A stretch of DNA of 64,000 bases from Takakia lepidozioides (Eukaryota > Plantae > Bryophyta). Under the pieces are notes generated by a model, which ran no database searches, was not told where the DNA came from, and saw only the letters and a list, made by a program, of their open reading frames with translations. Positions 1-11,681 of the stretch are shown here, in pieces; position 1 is the first letter of the stretch; every line of letters starts with the position of its first letter. A program made the position numbers and the translations under genes. Location of the stretch: the NCBI GenBank assembly GCA_030704615.1, contig CM060734.1:41292001-41356000 (forward strand), in the 5' to 3' direction.

Positions 1-169
1 CTGACAAGGAACCACATGCGGCGCAGACACCGTCTGGTATAGCGCTGGATTACATGGAGTCTGCTCCCTCACCCCTTGGGCAGGTTGTGCCATTTCCTCT
101 TTCAGCACTGTTGTTTATGTTTTAGCACATTGTGAAATTGGGCTAATTCGACATTTTGCTCGGTATCCT

Positions 170-1849
170 CACAGGATGTTCGTCCCTCCGTCGGCAGACT
201 GTCTACTTCTGAGGACATGACATCTTCCGCCCATGCTGCAAACGTGGATCGACAACCAAGAAAGTGTGGGGGTGAGCACGCCCCCCGATGCGCGGGTCAG
301 TTCTACGCATGCGACCCACGAAGCTGCAAAGACAGGTCCAGCAAGTGTAAACAAACCTGCTGACCAGCCTCTGTTGCGAAGTAGGGCGGCAGCGCTGCGT
401 TTTCTCTCTCTATCCAGCCCGCCACAGCTGTCCCTGCTTCCCAGGGGAGAGGCAAAGCCAAGAAGCGGACTGTCGTGGACCATGCTGAGGAGGTCGAGGA
501 GGGTCCGAGTACCAAGAGACCGGCGAAGAAAAAGTCTGGCGTCTTTATGAACAAGAACCGCAAGCTGGCCTTGGACATGGACAAAGATGTGGGTCGTTTC
601 CTGGAGCAGCACAGGTGAGTACTGTGCTCAGTCTCCTCGTCTGTCTTTGTCGTTAAGTGCTTTGCGCTCTGTTGTGGTCAGTCTGCACGTATTTCATCAT
701 TGTCTGTTGTGGTTAGTCTTGTCAGTCTGATGAATTGTTCAGCCTGTAGAGTGTTTGGTACCATGTTGACGTCAGTCTGTTCAGTACATGAGGCTTCCCG
801 AAGGATGGTCTGCTCTGTGCAGGATGGGTGCTCGGTTTGGCAAAGCACATGCTCTGCACGTGAAGGCGGGTAATTCCATGCTGATGTTTTTTGAAGGGGA
901 CCCACGGTTTGAATGCGGACTGTCGCCGGATGACATAAAGGCGGTCCAGAAGGTTGAGTCGGAGTGCACAGATAGACTCCTGAGCTGTGGTGTCGATTCT
1001 ATGAGAAGTCGGTTGAGGCTGCGTTCACCAACACTATTGTTGTTTCTTCCAACGTCGACGTGGACGGTGTTGAAGTCATTGGGGGTGGGGCAACATGAAA
1101 GCCTTCTGGGTCTTGAAAGGTTGCCTCAGCACTGAACGACTGGGCAAGGACTTGAAAGAGTGCGATTTCATTTTGGTGCCAATTGGGGACGAGTAAGAAC
1201 TCTTCTGAGTCTGCTGAGACTGTCTCCTGAGTCATAGTCTGGTTTCGCAGTGTCGTCTTGACTCTGAGCGATTAAGTTGACCTCTGTATTTGTGCAGTGG
1301 ACTGGGTTTGAAGATTGAGTCTGCTGAGTGCTGAGTCTGCTGAGTGGTCGGTCTGCTGAGTGTCAGTCTGCTGAGTCTGCCCATCATGATTGTGCAATGA
1401 CGCCATGTTGTTTGATACCATTGCAGGGGCACTGGAGTGTTTGTATCATCGACCTCCGCAAGGGCTGTTACACTCACCTGAACTCTATCAGGGACTTGCA
1501 TAAATGTCCCTTTGTTCTAGGGTGGATTCGGAAGCTTCATGCGCAGTGCTTAGGGTACTCGATGGACTCACCAGAGTGGCATGAGATTGTCCAAGCATTT
1601 CAGTTCCACGCGCCTGATGTGCCCCAGCAACCATTCAGCTGGGAGTGTGGCTTTTACGTCATGTCATTCATTCAAGTGTTTTATGAGTGGGTAAAAGTCA
1701 GAGCAAATGTCTCCAAGACTGCAAAGCCAGAGAGAGGAACACCTTTCACGAAGGACTGGTTTACTTTCAAGTTTGCACTTGGGCAGCGAATGCAGTGTGC
1801 CCAGTATATCGTGCGGGGGTTGGACAATGTAGAGAAACTGCTCTCATGA
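170..1849 (+). CDS. ULP1-like C48 cysteine protease (SUMO-protease family) carried by the MULE; spliced, frameshifted, 5' end uncertain
   Basis: Exon pieces read LKECDFILVPIG (~1150-1190), then GHWSVCII...HLNS...VPQQPFSWECGFYV (1427-1660): catalytic His, oxyanion Gln and Cys of peptidase C48. GT donors at ~615 and ~1192, AG acceptor at 1425-1426. Confidence 0.75.
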
Positions 1850-2514
1850 GTATGATGTACTTGTCCTGTGAAGTCTATGTACCGAAATAAAAAATGCGAG
1901 TCTTTTCGCAGTGGTGATGAGCACTTTTGTGTACTGTGGGTGCTGTTTTGTAATGTTGTCACTAAACTCAATGGACACAATGGTGTCAATTTTTCCATGC
2001 ACTGTGCACCCGAGTCTGCTGAGCTTGAATGTGCGAGCAGTACGCTGCCGAGGCTAGGACTGCTGGGTCTGGTACCTAGTCTGGGAGGCACCATGTCCAT
2101 GAGTCCGCTGGGACGCTGGATTGGCATAAGTTGCAGGGATGAGGTGGAAGTGTGGTGAGCAGACTTTTGGAGTGGGCAGCAGACTGACCAGCAGACTGGC
2201 TTACTGGCGCTCGCAGTCTGTTGACTGTGACTCTGTTGGGAGACTGTGCGTGAGTCCGTTGGGAGACTATGCTTGGGAGACTGTGTGGGAGTCAGTTGGA
2301 CTGGAGGAGTCCGTTGGGAGACTGTGCATTAGTCCATTGCGGACTTGTATTTCAGAAAGGGACAATGCTACCAGAAGAATTGCAGACTTATATTGTCTTC
2401 TTCGTGACACCTGAAACAGAATTGCAGTACCTACTTTGTCTCTTTTCGAGGAATTGCAGACTTATTGTCTACACCTACACGTGAAACCTTGTCTCTTTTC
2501 GAGGCATTGCAGAC

Positions 2515-5416
2515 TTATATTGTCTTCTTCGTGACATCTACACGACCTGAAACCTTGCGAATTTTCGAGTATATATGTGCTGCAGGTGCAGGTGCAGACA
2601 CCCTCTTGCTGGTTCTCCGCAAAACCCTAGGCCGGGTTTTCCAGGCCTCCACGAAATCTCGTCTCCTTTTCAGAGACATGTTGTTGTTGTCGTTCAGAGG
2701 ACGGAAAGCCTTCGCTGCCGCAGGGTGCAACATTCCAGCCGCACTTTTCGCCAGGATATCAACGAGCTGCCCTCTGCACATATGAAGAGCAGATCGGGCA
2801 TGTGCCTCCAGGTATTTGTCATCACCTACAATGCGAAGTATGTCCGCGAATTCTTGTTCCAATGAGGCTGAGACCTCCAGAGGTGCCTCGTCGTAGGGGA
2901 AGTCGTCCGGAGGATGTCTTTCCATGAACTGATTGGATTCGTCGTTGCCGCCGGCACCATTGCCCAAGAGCAAGTTAGGTAATCCTCCATGAATGGTTCC
3001 CAGCGCCGTGCCACAAGCGCGCACAAGGAGGCCATCCTGCAGGTCAGGGTGAAGCATCTTCAGGACACGGACCTGATGCTTGCATAAGTTTCCCTTCATT
3101 GCCCATGGGCACGTGCAACAACCCCAATCGCAATCAGGATTGTAAACAATGTATGTTGTGCCGGGGTGGTTGCTGCTGAGAACGTAGGCTGGTTCACCAG
3201 GACCCAAGGGAAGAGTAACACTCTCAGCAGGAATGTCTCGTGCCGCAAGTATAGAACTGGATATGTACTTTTCGTGTTTGTCATTTCTTATGAACCCGTG
3301 GGTCTTCAAATGGATTGCGTACCAGTAGTGTGTTAGCACACGGCCAGTGAGTTCCCATATAAGCCAGTCCACTCTACGACCACTCATCTTGCCTTTCCCC
3401 ATGGCAAGTCTTGCCTTCAGATTTCCATGGTATGCCTCAATGCTTGCGTTTGTGTCTTGGCTCGCATGAGGGACATGGCGGGCTGCTGTACACCACATTG
3501 CTATTTTGGGCTTCCAGTACTGTTCGATATAGTCAAGAAATTCATGTCCTTTCGGGTATTTTGACCTCATACGACGGATTCTCCTTGCAACCCACCGAAG
3601 CGCTCTTTTCTCGTTGCGTGGTCCCCCTCTACAGTACATGAGGTCTCCCATATCCTTCAACAAGTTTACAGCGGTCACCGGATCCTTCGTTTTCTTGCAT
3701 GATTGCTTCACCCATGCCTTGCGGACATGCCAAAGGCAGAGGAAAATGAGTACTCCTTCAAAAACAATTCTGCACAACACACATGGTACACATTAGAGTC
3801 TTGGGATCGGACTGCAATGGTGGACTGCCGGAGTGGACTGTAACAGCGACTGTATCAGCGGGCAGAGCCACTGGACTCGCCCAGTGGACAGTACAATGCC
3901 ATGACGTTGATGTGCTGGAATAACCCCATTGGACTTCCCATTGGACTTCCCTAGCTAGGACTGGGGCAGACTGCATCAGCGGACTGCCCCGGACTGCACT
4001 TGCCACTGCCGACTTGGCGGACGGGGGACTGCTGAGTGGACTTGGCAGCGGTGCCGAGCGGACTTGCCGGGACTGCCAGCGACTTGCAGGGGACTGATGA
4101 CCGGACTTGACAGCGGACTACCAGTGGATTTGCCCAGCGAACTGCCATCGGGTTTCGCCACAGGAGTCTGCCAGTGGACTGTAGCAATGGACTGCTGCAG
4201 TGGACCTCGACAATGGACCGGTGTTGTGGACCAACAGACTTACCGAATAGCGTTGATTTCTGCTTCGGCATCGTCCACAATGAAGGCATTGGGTCGCCAG
4301 CTCGGCAAATCTGCGAGGAGTGAATCGCGCAAGGCTCTCATCCACGGAACCAGGTCTCTTGTCCGATTCCTCGCGGATAGATATAGGCAACTGGTATACC
4401 GTTCAACCACTCGTCGAAGACCATCAACGTACAATGGAACTGTTGGAATGCACAATGTAAGATGGTCAGAGCATGCAAATTCCGCTCAGTTCTGCACGAG
4501 AAGACTTCATAAGAGTGATGAGGTCTGTAGCGGTTCACAATGGGTCTGCCTCTCGGTCTTCCGCAACGTACACAACCCTAAACATACAGAAAGGGTCAGC
4601 ACACCAAATATTATGTGAATGTTGCATGGTACTATGCTATCATGCTCGTACAAGTCCATGGAATCGTTCGAATAGTACCTTGTCATGATTTGTCCCAAAG
4701 GTTGCATCACATGCAACGATACGGTCATGTCCTAGTTCCAGCATTCGTCGTTTCTGCCACGGAGTCTGTATGCCAATAGTGAATGTCAAATCTCCATCAA
4801 AATGCTCGAATGTTGGCTCTAATTTCTCCTCTTGATAGAAAAAAACGGACGCAGGATTCTGGTCTCTCCACATGCGCACACTCTCTGCATCATCGGCGTG
4901 CTTTTTGAAGGTTTGCCACGCACGTTTCTCGGCAAGTTGCGAACATCTTGCTCCAACAAGAAATCATCGCGGGTCCATGCATCGCCCAAGCCGGTGTTGT
5001 TCATCACGTGCTCTTTATGCTCCATCATGATTTGGGCGACCGACAGGCCTCGGCACAAACACTCGACGACCCAGGCTTTCAATTCCTCGCTAATGTGTGG
5101 TGCATAGGCGTGGCGGGTGTTCCTGAACTCTGCGGACTTCCCATGCGAGGGTTTCCCTTGCGCATCTGTATGCTCCATGTTGTTGTAGTACGTGAGGACA
5201 CAGATGTCAGGGGCGAGATAGCATTGCTGGACCTTGAAACAGCATTGGCAACCACGTTTGTAAGACTCTCCATACTCCGACTTCTTTCTCCTTGGGCCTT
5301 TATGAGGGCAAGATGTTCCAGCACCCACAAGAGGTCCTCCACGCTTCTGTTTTGGATCCTTCACTATTGCCTTGTTGGTGCGCTTGTCATCAGGATGTCG
5401 TGCGCATACATATCGC
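2515..5416 (-). CDS. MULE/SWIM transposase (exons ~5416-4679, 4439-4244, 3769-2515; probable first exon ~16374-16222 beyond the Gypsy insertion)
   Basis: KRGCQCCF...H WRKY/GCM-like motif; catalytic CDATF, FIVDD, CLWH (CxxH) and TNASIEAYH; SWIM finger CTCPWAMKGNLCKH; GT-AG introns; a few single-base frameshifts. Confidence 0.9.
3790..4240. repeat. Degenerate GGACTG-type short tandem repeats in a MULE intron (related arrays at 1205-1380, 2160-2345, 16580-16725)
   Basis: Repeated ggactgccg/ggacttgcc/gagtctgctga units are directly visible. Confidence 0.75.
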
Positions 5417-5835
5417 TACACAACTACATCGCTGTCCAAAACCACACAACACATGTGCACACCACACACTAGTATACCACTAGTCCACTAGTCACTAGTC
5501 CAACCACTAGGCTACAACTAGTCAGTCACTAGGCTGCCACTACGCTGCCCACTATGGCAGTCACTAGTCCACACAATCGCCCCCCTAGCTGGTGCTTAGG
5601 TCCCTCTAAGTCCAGGTAGCCACAAGATGTGATAGTGACCATAGCCTCACTAAGTCCTCCACCACTATCCCTACTACACTCAAACTCGATAGATCAAGAG
5701 GCCGGGTGCAAGAGTTGCCCCATCGTTAGTCGCCGTCTTGCAACCTGTGAACTTGAGCTTGGGATCTCATGTATTGACTCCTATGAGCTTGGCCTCCCAT
5801 GTCTTGTTAGCTGCCTCCAGTCATGTCCACTGCCA

Positions 5836-5978
5836 CTATCCCAAGCAGTGTGGACACAACCAATCTCCGTCAGGAACCTTCTCAAGAGGTGGTGTCAAGC
5901 ATCCCATATGCCAACCCCTTGAGCACGATCACACACCAGCATGGTGGCTGCCCCTTTGGCAGACCCACAGAGCATGCA
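5836..5978 (-). CDS. PHD zinc finger (C4HC3) at the C-terminus of the integrase/Pol
   Basis: Manual translation [47 protein letters not shown] with one 1-nt frameshift at ~5926. TAG stop at 5836-5838. Absent from the ORF track. Confidence 0.9.
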
Positions 5979-7150
5979 CCTCAAACCTGCAGGTACCACT
6001 GCCAAGTTTGGGTCAACTTGCCATCGACATTGGGAAGGTGACATGGCGCACAATTACGCACATGGTCTTCCAAGTCATGCCATCCCGACCCTCTAAGATC
6101 AGGACCCTGAGGGCAACACCTCTCGAACCCTCAGAATAACACGCCCTGCAGTAACATCCAGAGTCGTAGGAGCAGTCTGCTGCAAATAAACATAGTCACC
6201 AGGGCTAAACCTCCGAACCCCAGGACGATATCCTCACCACGTATAGTGGCATACCTCAACGTATCACGGTGCTGTGCAATGGCAAGGTTCTCAAAAGCCA
6301 TGGGCATGACTTTCTTGAACAACTCTGCACGCTGATCACATGCACGTACCACACGTCCGGATCGTCAAGGTTAAGGACTTGAGCAGTGTCCCTACGAATG
6401 GCTGCAGGCAAATCCGGCTCTCGGCCAAAGAGAAGGAAATATGGTGAGAAGGAGGCAAGTGATGCTTGTTTGCTGAACCTGTAGCCCATGGCTAACCAAG
6501 GAACCTGAAGATCCCAATCTCCTAGGTGTCCCTTCTGCAAGCCATACTTGCGCAAACCCCTCTTCACCGTCTGAACAACTCTCTCTGCTAAGCCATCGGC
6601 CTCAGGATGATCCCCGAGAAGTGGTGCGGTGGTCTATCAAGGCTTTATCACAAAGCCTGAAACTCCCCCAAGAACTCTCTCCCTTGGTCCGTGAGTACCT
6701 CAGCTGGAGCACCAAATCGGCTAAGCACACGATCCAAGAATGCATACGCAGCCCCCTCACTAGCCTTGTCAGGCAATGGAACCAACTCAATCCACTTGGA
6801 GAAGTGCTCCACCATCACCAACACATATCTGTGGTGGCGCATAGTCAGTGGCAACGGTCCTGCGAAGTCAAGACTCCACCTGTAGCCCAATCCCATGATG
6901 ATAGGTAAAGGATGCAACTGTGGTGTAGGGGCGTTGAATGAAGCACGCACCCTGTCACACACCATGCACCTAGCCACAAACTGTTGCACCTCTGTATGCA
7001 TACCACGCCACCAATACTGCCCCTGCAGTAAACTGTGAGTGCGTCGCACTCCAAAATGCCCCAACTCCTCATGGGCATGCCGCACTAACCGTGCACGCTG
7101 TGTGGGGTGAGGCACAATCCTCACCCGACCATCCTCCCACACTCGAAGTA
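5979..7150 (-). CDS. Retrotransposon DDE integrase
   Basis: HHCC finger HAHEELGH...CMVC; D (WSLDFAGP), D (VLTDQGREF), E (DGLAERVVQTVK); C-terminal SPYFLLFGREP. Several 1-nt frameshifts. Confidence 0.92.
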
Positions 7151-7469
7151 GGTGTATCCCCTCCCACTTGAACCTCTTGGCTCGTTGCAGGATCCGATCC
7201 CTCTCCCCAGTCACAGTGGCTGCCGTGTCTCCCGTGCGGAGGTAGTCCAACACAGCCGAATCCTCATGTATATCTCTGGCACCACCTAGCTCATCACTAG
7301 CCTCAGGGTCCTCAGACACTCCGTCTACAGTCATCCCTGTTGTAGGTCCAATCTGACCTCCCGATGCCAAGATACACAAAAATGCAGATGCGTGCCATCC
7401 CGGCACCATCTCCTCGTCCGTCTCACCATGCCACCGAGCTCCAGTGTCATCCTGCTGGCTCATGCATGG

Positions 7470-8800
7470 ATTGCGACTCAATCCATCCGCATCCCGATTG
7501 ACCAAACCCGGTCGATGCACAACCTGAAAGTCATACTCCTGGAGTATAAGTGCCCACCGTGCAAGCTTCCCCGTAAGCTTGTCTGACTCCATCAACCACT
7601 TGAGTGGCTGGTGATCCGTGACAAGGGGGAAAAGATTGCCGTATAGATAGCACCTGAAGTGTGCCACGGCCCACACTGCAGCTAAGCACTCTCCCTCATA
7701 TGAGCTGTACTTAGCCTCTGCAGCGTTGTTCGAGCGGCTAGCGTAAGCCACTACGAAACTCTCTTCCCTCATCATCCACCTGTGTGAGCACCGCTCCAAG
7801 CCCCAGCATGCTCCAATCCGTATGCAGCTGAAAGGGACGCCCCCTGATAGGTCGTCTCAGATAGGCGCCGAGGTCAACCTCGCCTTGAGCTCTTGAAAAG
7901 CTCGTTCCTGCTCATCTTCCCACTGCCACTCCTGGTCCACCTTGGTCAGCTTGGTTAGAGCCTTTGCAATGGTACTAAATCCCTTGACAAACCGTCTATA
8001 ATAGTTTGCCAACCCCATGAAAGCTCGAACTCGGCTCACATCCGTGGGGCGTGGAATTTGTGCAATGGCCTCTACCTTAGTCTGCTGTACCCCCAATCCT
8101 CCAGGATATATCATGTGACCCAGATACTCAATCTGGTTGTGGAAAAACTTGCACTTCCCCGGATGCAACTTCAATCCGTGCGCTCTCAAGCGCTCCAATA
8201 CCACCTGAAGGTGTCTCTCATGCTCCTCCATCGTAACACTAAAGATGATGATGTCATCTATGTAGCACCGAGCAAAGTCCACCCCTGCTAGAATCCTATC
8301 CATGACTCTCTGAAACTCTGCAGGAGCATTCTTAAGCCCAAATGTAAGAACCGCCACTGATATAGGCAATCCTTGCCGTGCTCATTGATCCCCCAGAATG
8401 CCGTCTTCTGCTTGTCCGCCTCCTTGATTGGCAACTGGTGATATCCGGATCGTAAATCCAAAGTGCTAAAGGCCTTAGCATGCCCGATGGCATCAAAGAT
8501 CTCCTCTGGTGTTGGCATGGCATACTTATCGGACTTGGTCTGACGATTTACAGGCCGGTAATCACCGCACATACGTCTCTCCGTCCAATTGCCATAGACA
8601 TCCTCTTGCTGGCATCACTGTGGCTGAAGCATACTCTCCACCAGAGAGCTCCACCAAACCTGCCTCCCAGAGATCTTGAGTCCTCATCTGAATCAAAGAC
8701 CTCTCCATGTCACTGTATCTATAGGGTCTCCGAAAGATTGGCGTGTCAGTGGCCAACTCAATACGGATCTCTTGACCCTTCAGTGCTCCCAAGTCCTTCA
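7470..8800 (-). CDS. Reverse transcriptase and RNase H
   Basis: MCGDYRPVN, FSTLDLRSGYHQ, FGLKNAPAEFQ, YIDD (8264-8253), EYLGH; RNase H VVAYASR...YEGECLA...VTDHQPL...DADGLSR. Confidence 0.95.
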
Positions 8801-9259
8801 AACTGAAGGCAAAGCAATTCCTGTAAGCCCTCAGGAACCGCCGTATACGTCGTCTCTCTCCTCCGGTGACAATGGGTCCAATGTCAGGCTCCCAATTGTC
8901 CTCCGTAACTACAACCTTAAGTCCAGTGGGCTTAGAGGTAGAGGACGCGTCCCGTGGTTGCTATGCTGCAACCTCTTGAGCAGTACTCCCTACCTGCTCA
9001 GTCAATGACAAAGCCTCATCCTGCCCCATCATCTCATCCTTGAGGACCTCCTCAACCCGAGAAGAATCCCCAACCTCATCCATCACAGCCGCCTTGGCTG
9101 CCAACTCCCTCTGAACCTCGAGCACCTCCCACGTGTGCCATGGATGCATGCACCCGTGGTCCTCATATGCTCGCCCCCACTCACTGCCTGTACCGTCTCG
9201 GTAGGCAGAGAGACCATTGAGGGAAGTGTATTCCGCACTCTGCGTTGCTCAGCAGAGCC

Positions 9260-10215
9260 AAGCTGATAATCCAGGTCAAGCAATTGAGATCCATTGCTTG
9301 CCCCAACACTTGACGACGTGATGCCTCAGAAAGAGACGACACCGCCGTGGTACCAGTGGTAAAACCCATTGCCCGCTCACGCTCGTCAGCATTAGGCTCC
9401 ACTAACTGCTGCAACTGAGCATCCCACAGGAGGCCAGGTCCACTATCCCGGAAAGCATGCGATCTGGGAAGCTGAGCAGTGTAGGTAATGCTGCTCGTGG
9501 TTGACCCACCTTGTTGACCACTGCCAAAGGCGAACGGTCATCGTGTCTCACACGTTGAGACTGCCTCCCTGTGTCCAGAATGTTATCCACTGTGAGATGT
9601 GCTGGCCGCTGCACCCCATCAAATGCACGCTTGAGCAGTGCGGGTGGCATCAGTTAGTCCACCATAGCCGTGGACGATGAGCCCGTGACCCCACTGTAGC
9701 TGCATCTAGCAACACTGCTGACCCAAGCCACGACCGGACTTGATGCACACTGGCCATCACCCTGGCCCGAGAATCGCCCATCAGTGGCACATTCTCCAAG
9801 ATGTATGCTGGAGATACAGCTTGATGAAGCTGCAAGTGGCGCAAAACCCGCACCATCTCCCAAAACAGACCCGACCTCGAGTCTCGCAATCCATTGCCAT
9901 GCCCGGCTGATGAATGCCCTTGGCAGGGCCAACCTGCCACTACCAGATCAATGGAGCCAACCCGCTCCAAATCCTGCGCCCCAGCAACGAAATGTCTGCT
10001 GGCAAGGCCTGCTGATATCCACGAATTGCAGACACCGACAACAACTCAGGGTACCGCTGCACCAACTGAGCAACATGGCGAAGTGAAACGCGTCGTGCAG
10101 TCTCATCCCTCTCCACATACAGGTAACGCCGAACTCGTACACCTGCTGTAACACAGCAGCCAATCCGGTGCTGATCCCGCCAAACAAGTCCAGAAGACAA
10201 ATGCCTTCATCCGGA
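9260..10215 (-). CDS. C5 DNA cytosine methyltransferase domain, DNMT3-like, embedded in Pol between protease and RT
   Basis: Motif I LLDLFGGISTG; II RYLYVERDETA; III LPADI; IV DLVVAGWPCQGHS (catalytic Cys codon 9925-9923); V GLRDSRSGLFWE; VI YILENV; VII-VIII LLDAATVGSRAHRPRLWWTN; IX ERERAMGF; X SRRQVLGQAM. Split over five ORF fragments by 1-nt frameshifts. Confidence 0.93.
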
Positions 10216-10599
10216 GACTGCCACACAATAGGTGTGGTGTCCAATGGAGACAATTGAGTGGTCCTGGTGCAATCCCCACACTCTCCTCCTCTCCTGACGG
10301 TACAAAAGCCTCCACCCAGGCTTGTTGCACCCGTCGATCAGCATCCCGCTGCAAATCCTTGCTCGTGCCCCACAATGGAGTCTGAGCAACCATGGTAGGC
10401 AACTCCGCCATACCATACATGTCATCCTGCTCTCCCGGAGGTGGTACATCCTCTGAATGAGCATTGCCCTCAAGCAACTCTCTAGGCCAACTCACTGCCG
10501 CTGTGAATGCTGCTAGTGTCGGCATCTTGCCTCGCTGGGCAACCGCAACTCCTCCTATGAACGTCACAGGGAGCTGCACACGCCGGCCCTCCCCTGACT

Positions 10600-10930
10600 G
10601 CCATGCAGGCCTATAGGAAGCTGACTCCTCCCAAAAATCCAGGGTGAAGCCCATGGGGTACAACACTGCCCCACCAACCAGGACATCGTATGAGACTGCG
10701 TCTGTCACAATGGCCTTGGCTCGCATCACTGAGCCATCTGTAGGGTGATCCGGCCGTAGTCTGATAGCCAACTCATGCCGTGTCATGCCCCGAGCCTGCT
10801 CCGATCCTCCCAGAGACGTCTGTATCTGGAAAGGACAAGGCTCCATATCCGCCTCCGTGAGGCCCAAGCCTGCAATAGCAGCTCTGCCCAGCATCATGGC
10901 TGAGCTCCCGAGTCCAACAAGACTCGCAGT
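10600..10930 (-). CDS. Retropepsin aspartic protease
   Basis: RVLLDSGAQP (Asp codon 10914-10912) read in an alternative frame, followed by ...YDVLVGGAVL. Confidence 0.85.
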
Positions 10931-11681
10931 GGCCGGTACCTCTTGCCTGCCGGTCCACTCAAACAGAAAATGCCATCCTGGTTGTCTAACATGACAACTC
11001 CAGGTGTCACCATGGGCGCTCAATGGCTGGCCTAGCTGGCAGCTCCATCAACCTGGCAGCTGCAGCTTGCCATGGCGCCGCCGTGGCAGTCTTGACCCTC
11101 AAATCCGAGGATCCCTCCGGCACTACACCTCCCACTATCTCCGCAGAAGATGAAGTAACCTCCCACTCTCACAGAGTGTAGCTGCCAGCCTGAACACCTC
11201 AGCTGGTCTTACCCCCGGCGTCGCAATCATGGTAGCCCGAGAACAATGGAGCCTGGCACACAGATGTGGCCGCTCCTAGCAGCACACTAGCTGCCGTAGC
11301 CTTGGCAACACTAGGTAGTGGTGCTACCCGTGTAGCTCTCCCCAATGGCATAGTAACCTCCGCCTCGGTAACAGTCGGGCGAGAACTAGGTGCCATGGAT
11401 GGCGTCGACACTGTCTCCGCCAATGTGAATGACTGAGGAAGCCTAGCCTGACGGCTTGCCTCCCCACGCTGTGGATCCAACTCCACCTCTGCACCTCGTG
11501 GCTCAGGAACTCGTGCTGCTCCTCGAGTCACGGCTGCAGCAGACTCCACCTGCACTAGTGGTAGTGCTGCTCCACACATGAATCCCATGCCTCCCATATC
11601 TCCTCCCTCAGGAGCAGGAGGTGGACCATCCGGCCTTAGAGCCGGTACCACCTGAGCTGTAGCCATGGCAGCGAGCCTGCT

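Noticed and set aside
9260-10215. Bacterial restriction-modification MTase or contamination, or a host DRM gene
   Set aside because: Embedded in Pol between PR and RT within plant DNA; no REase neighbour; motifs are DNMT3-like and not permuted as in DRM.
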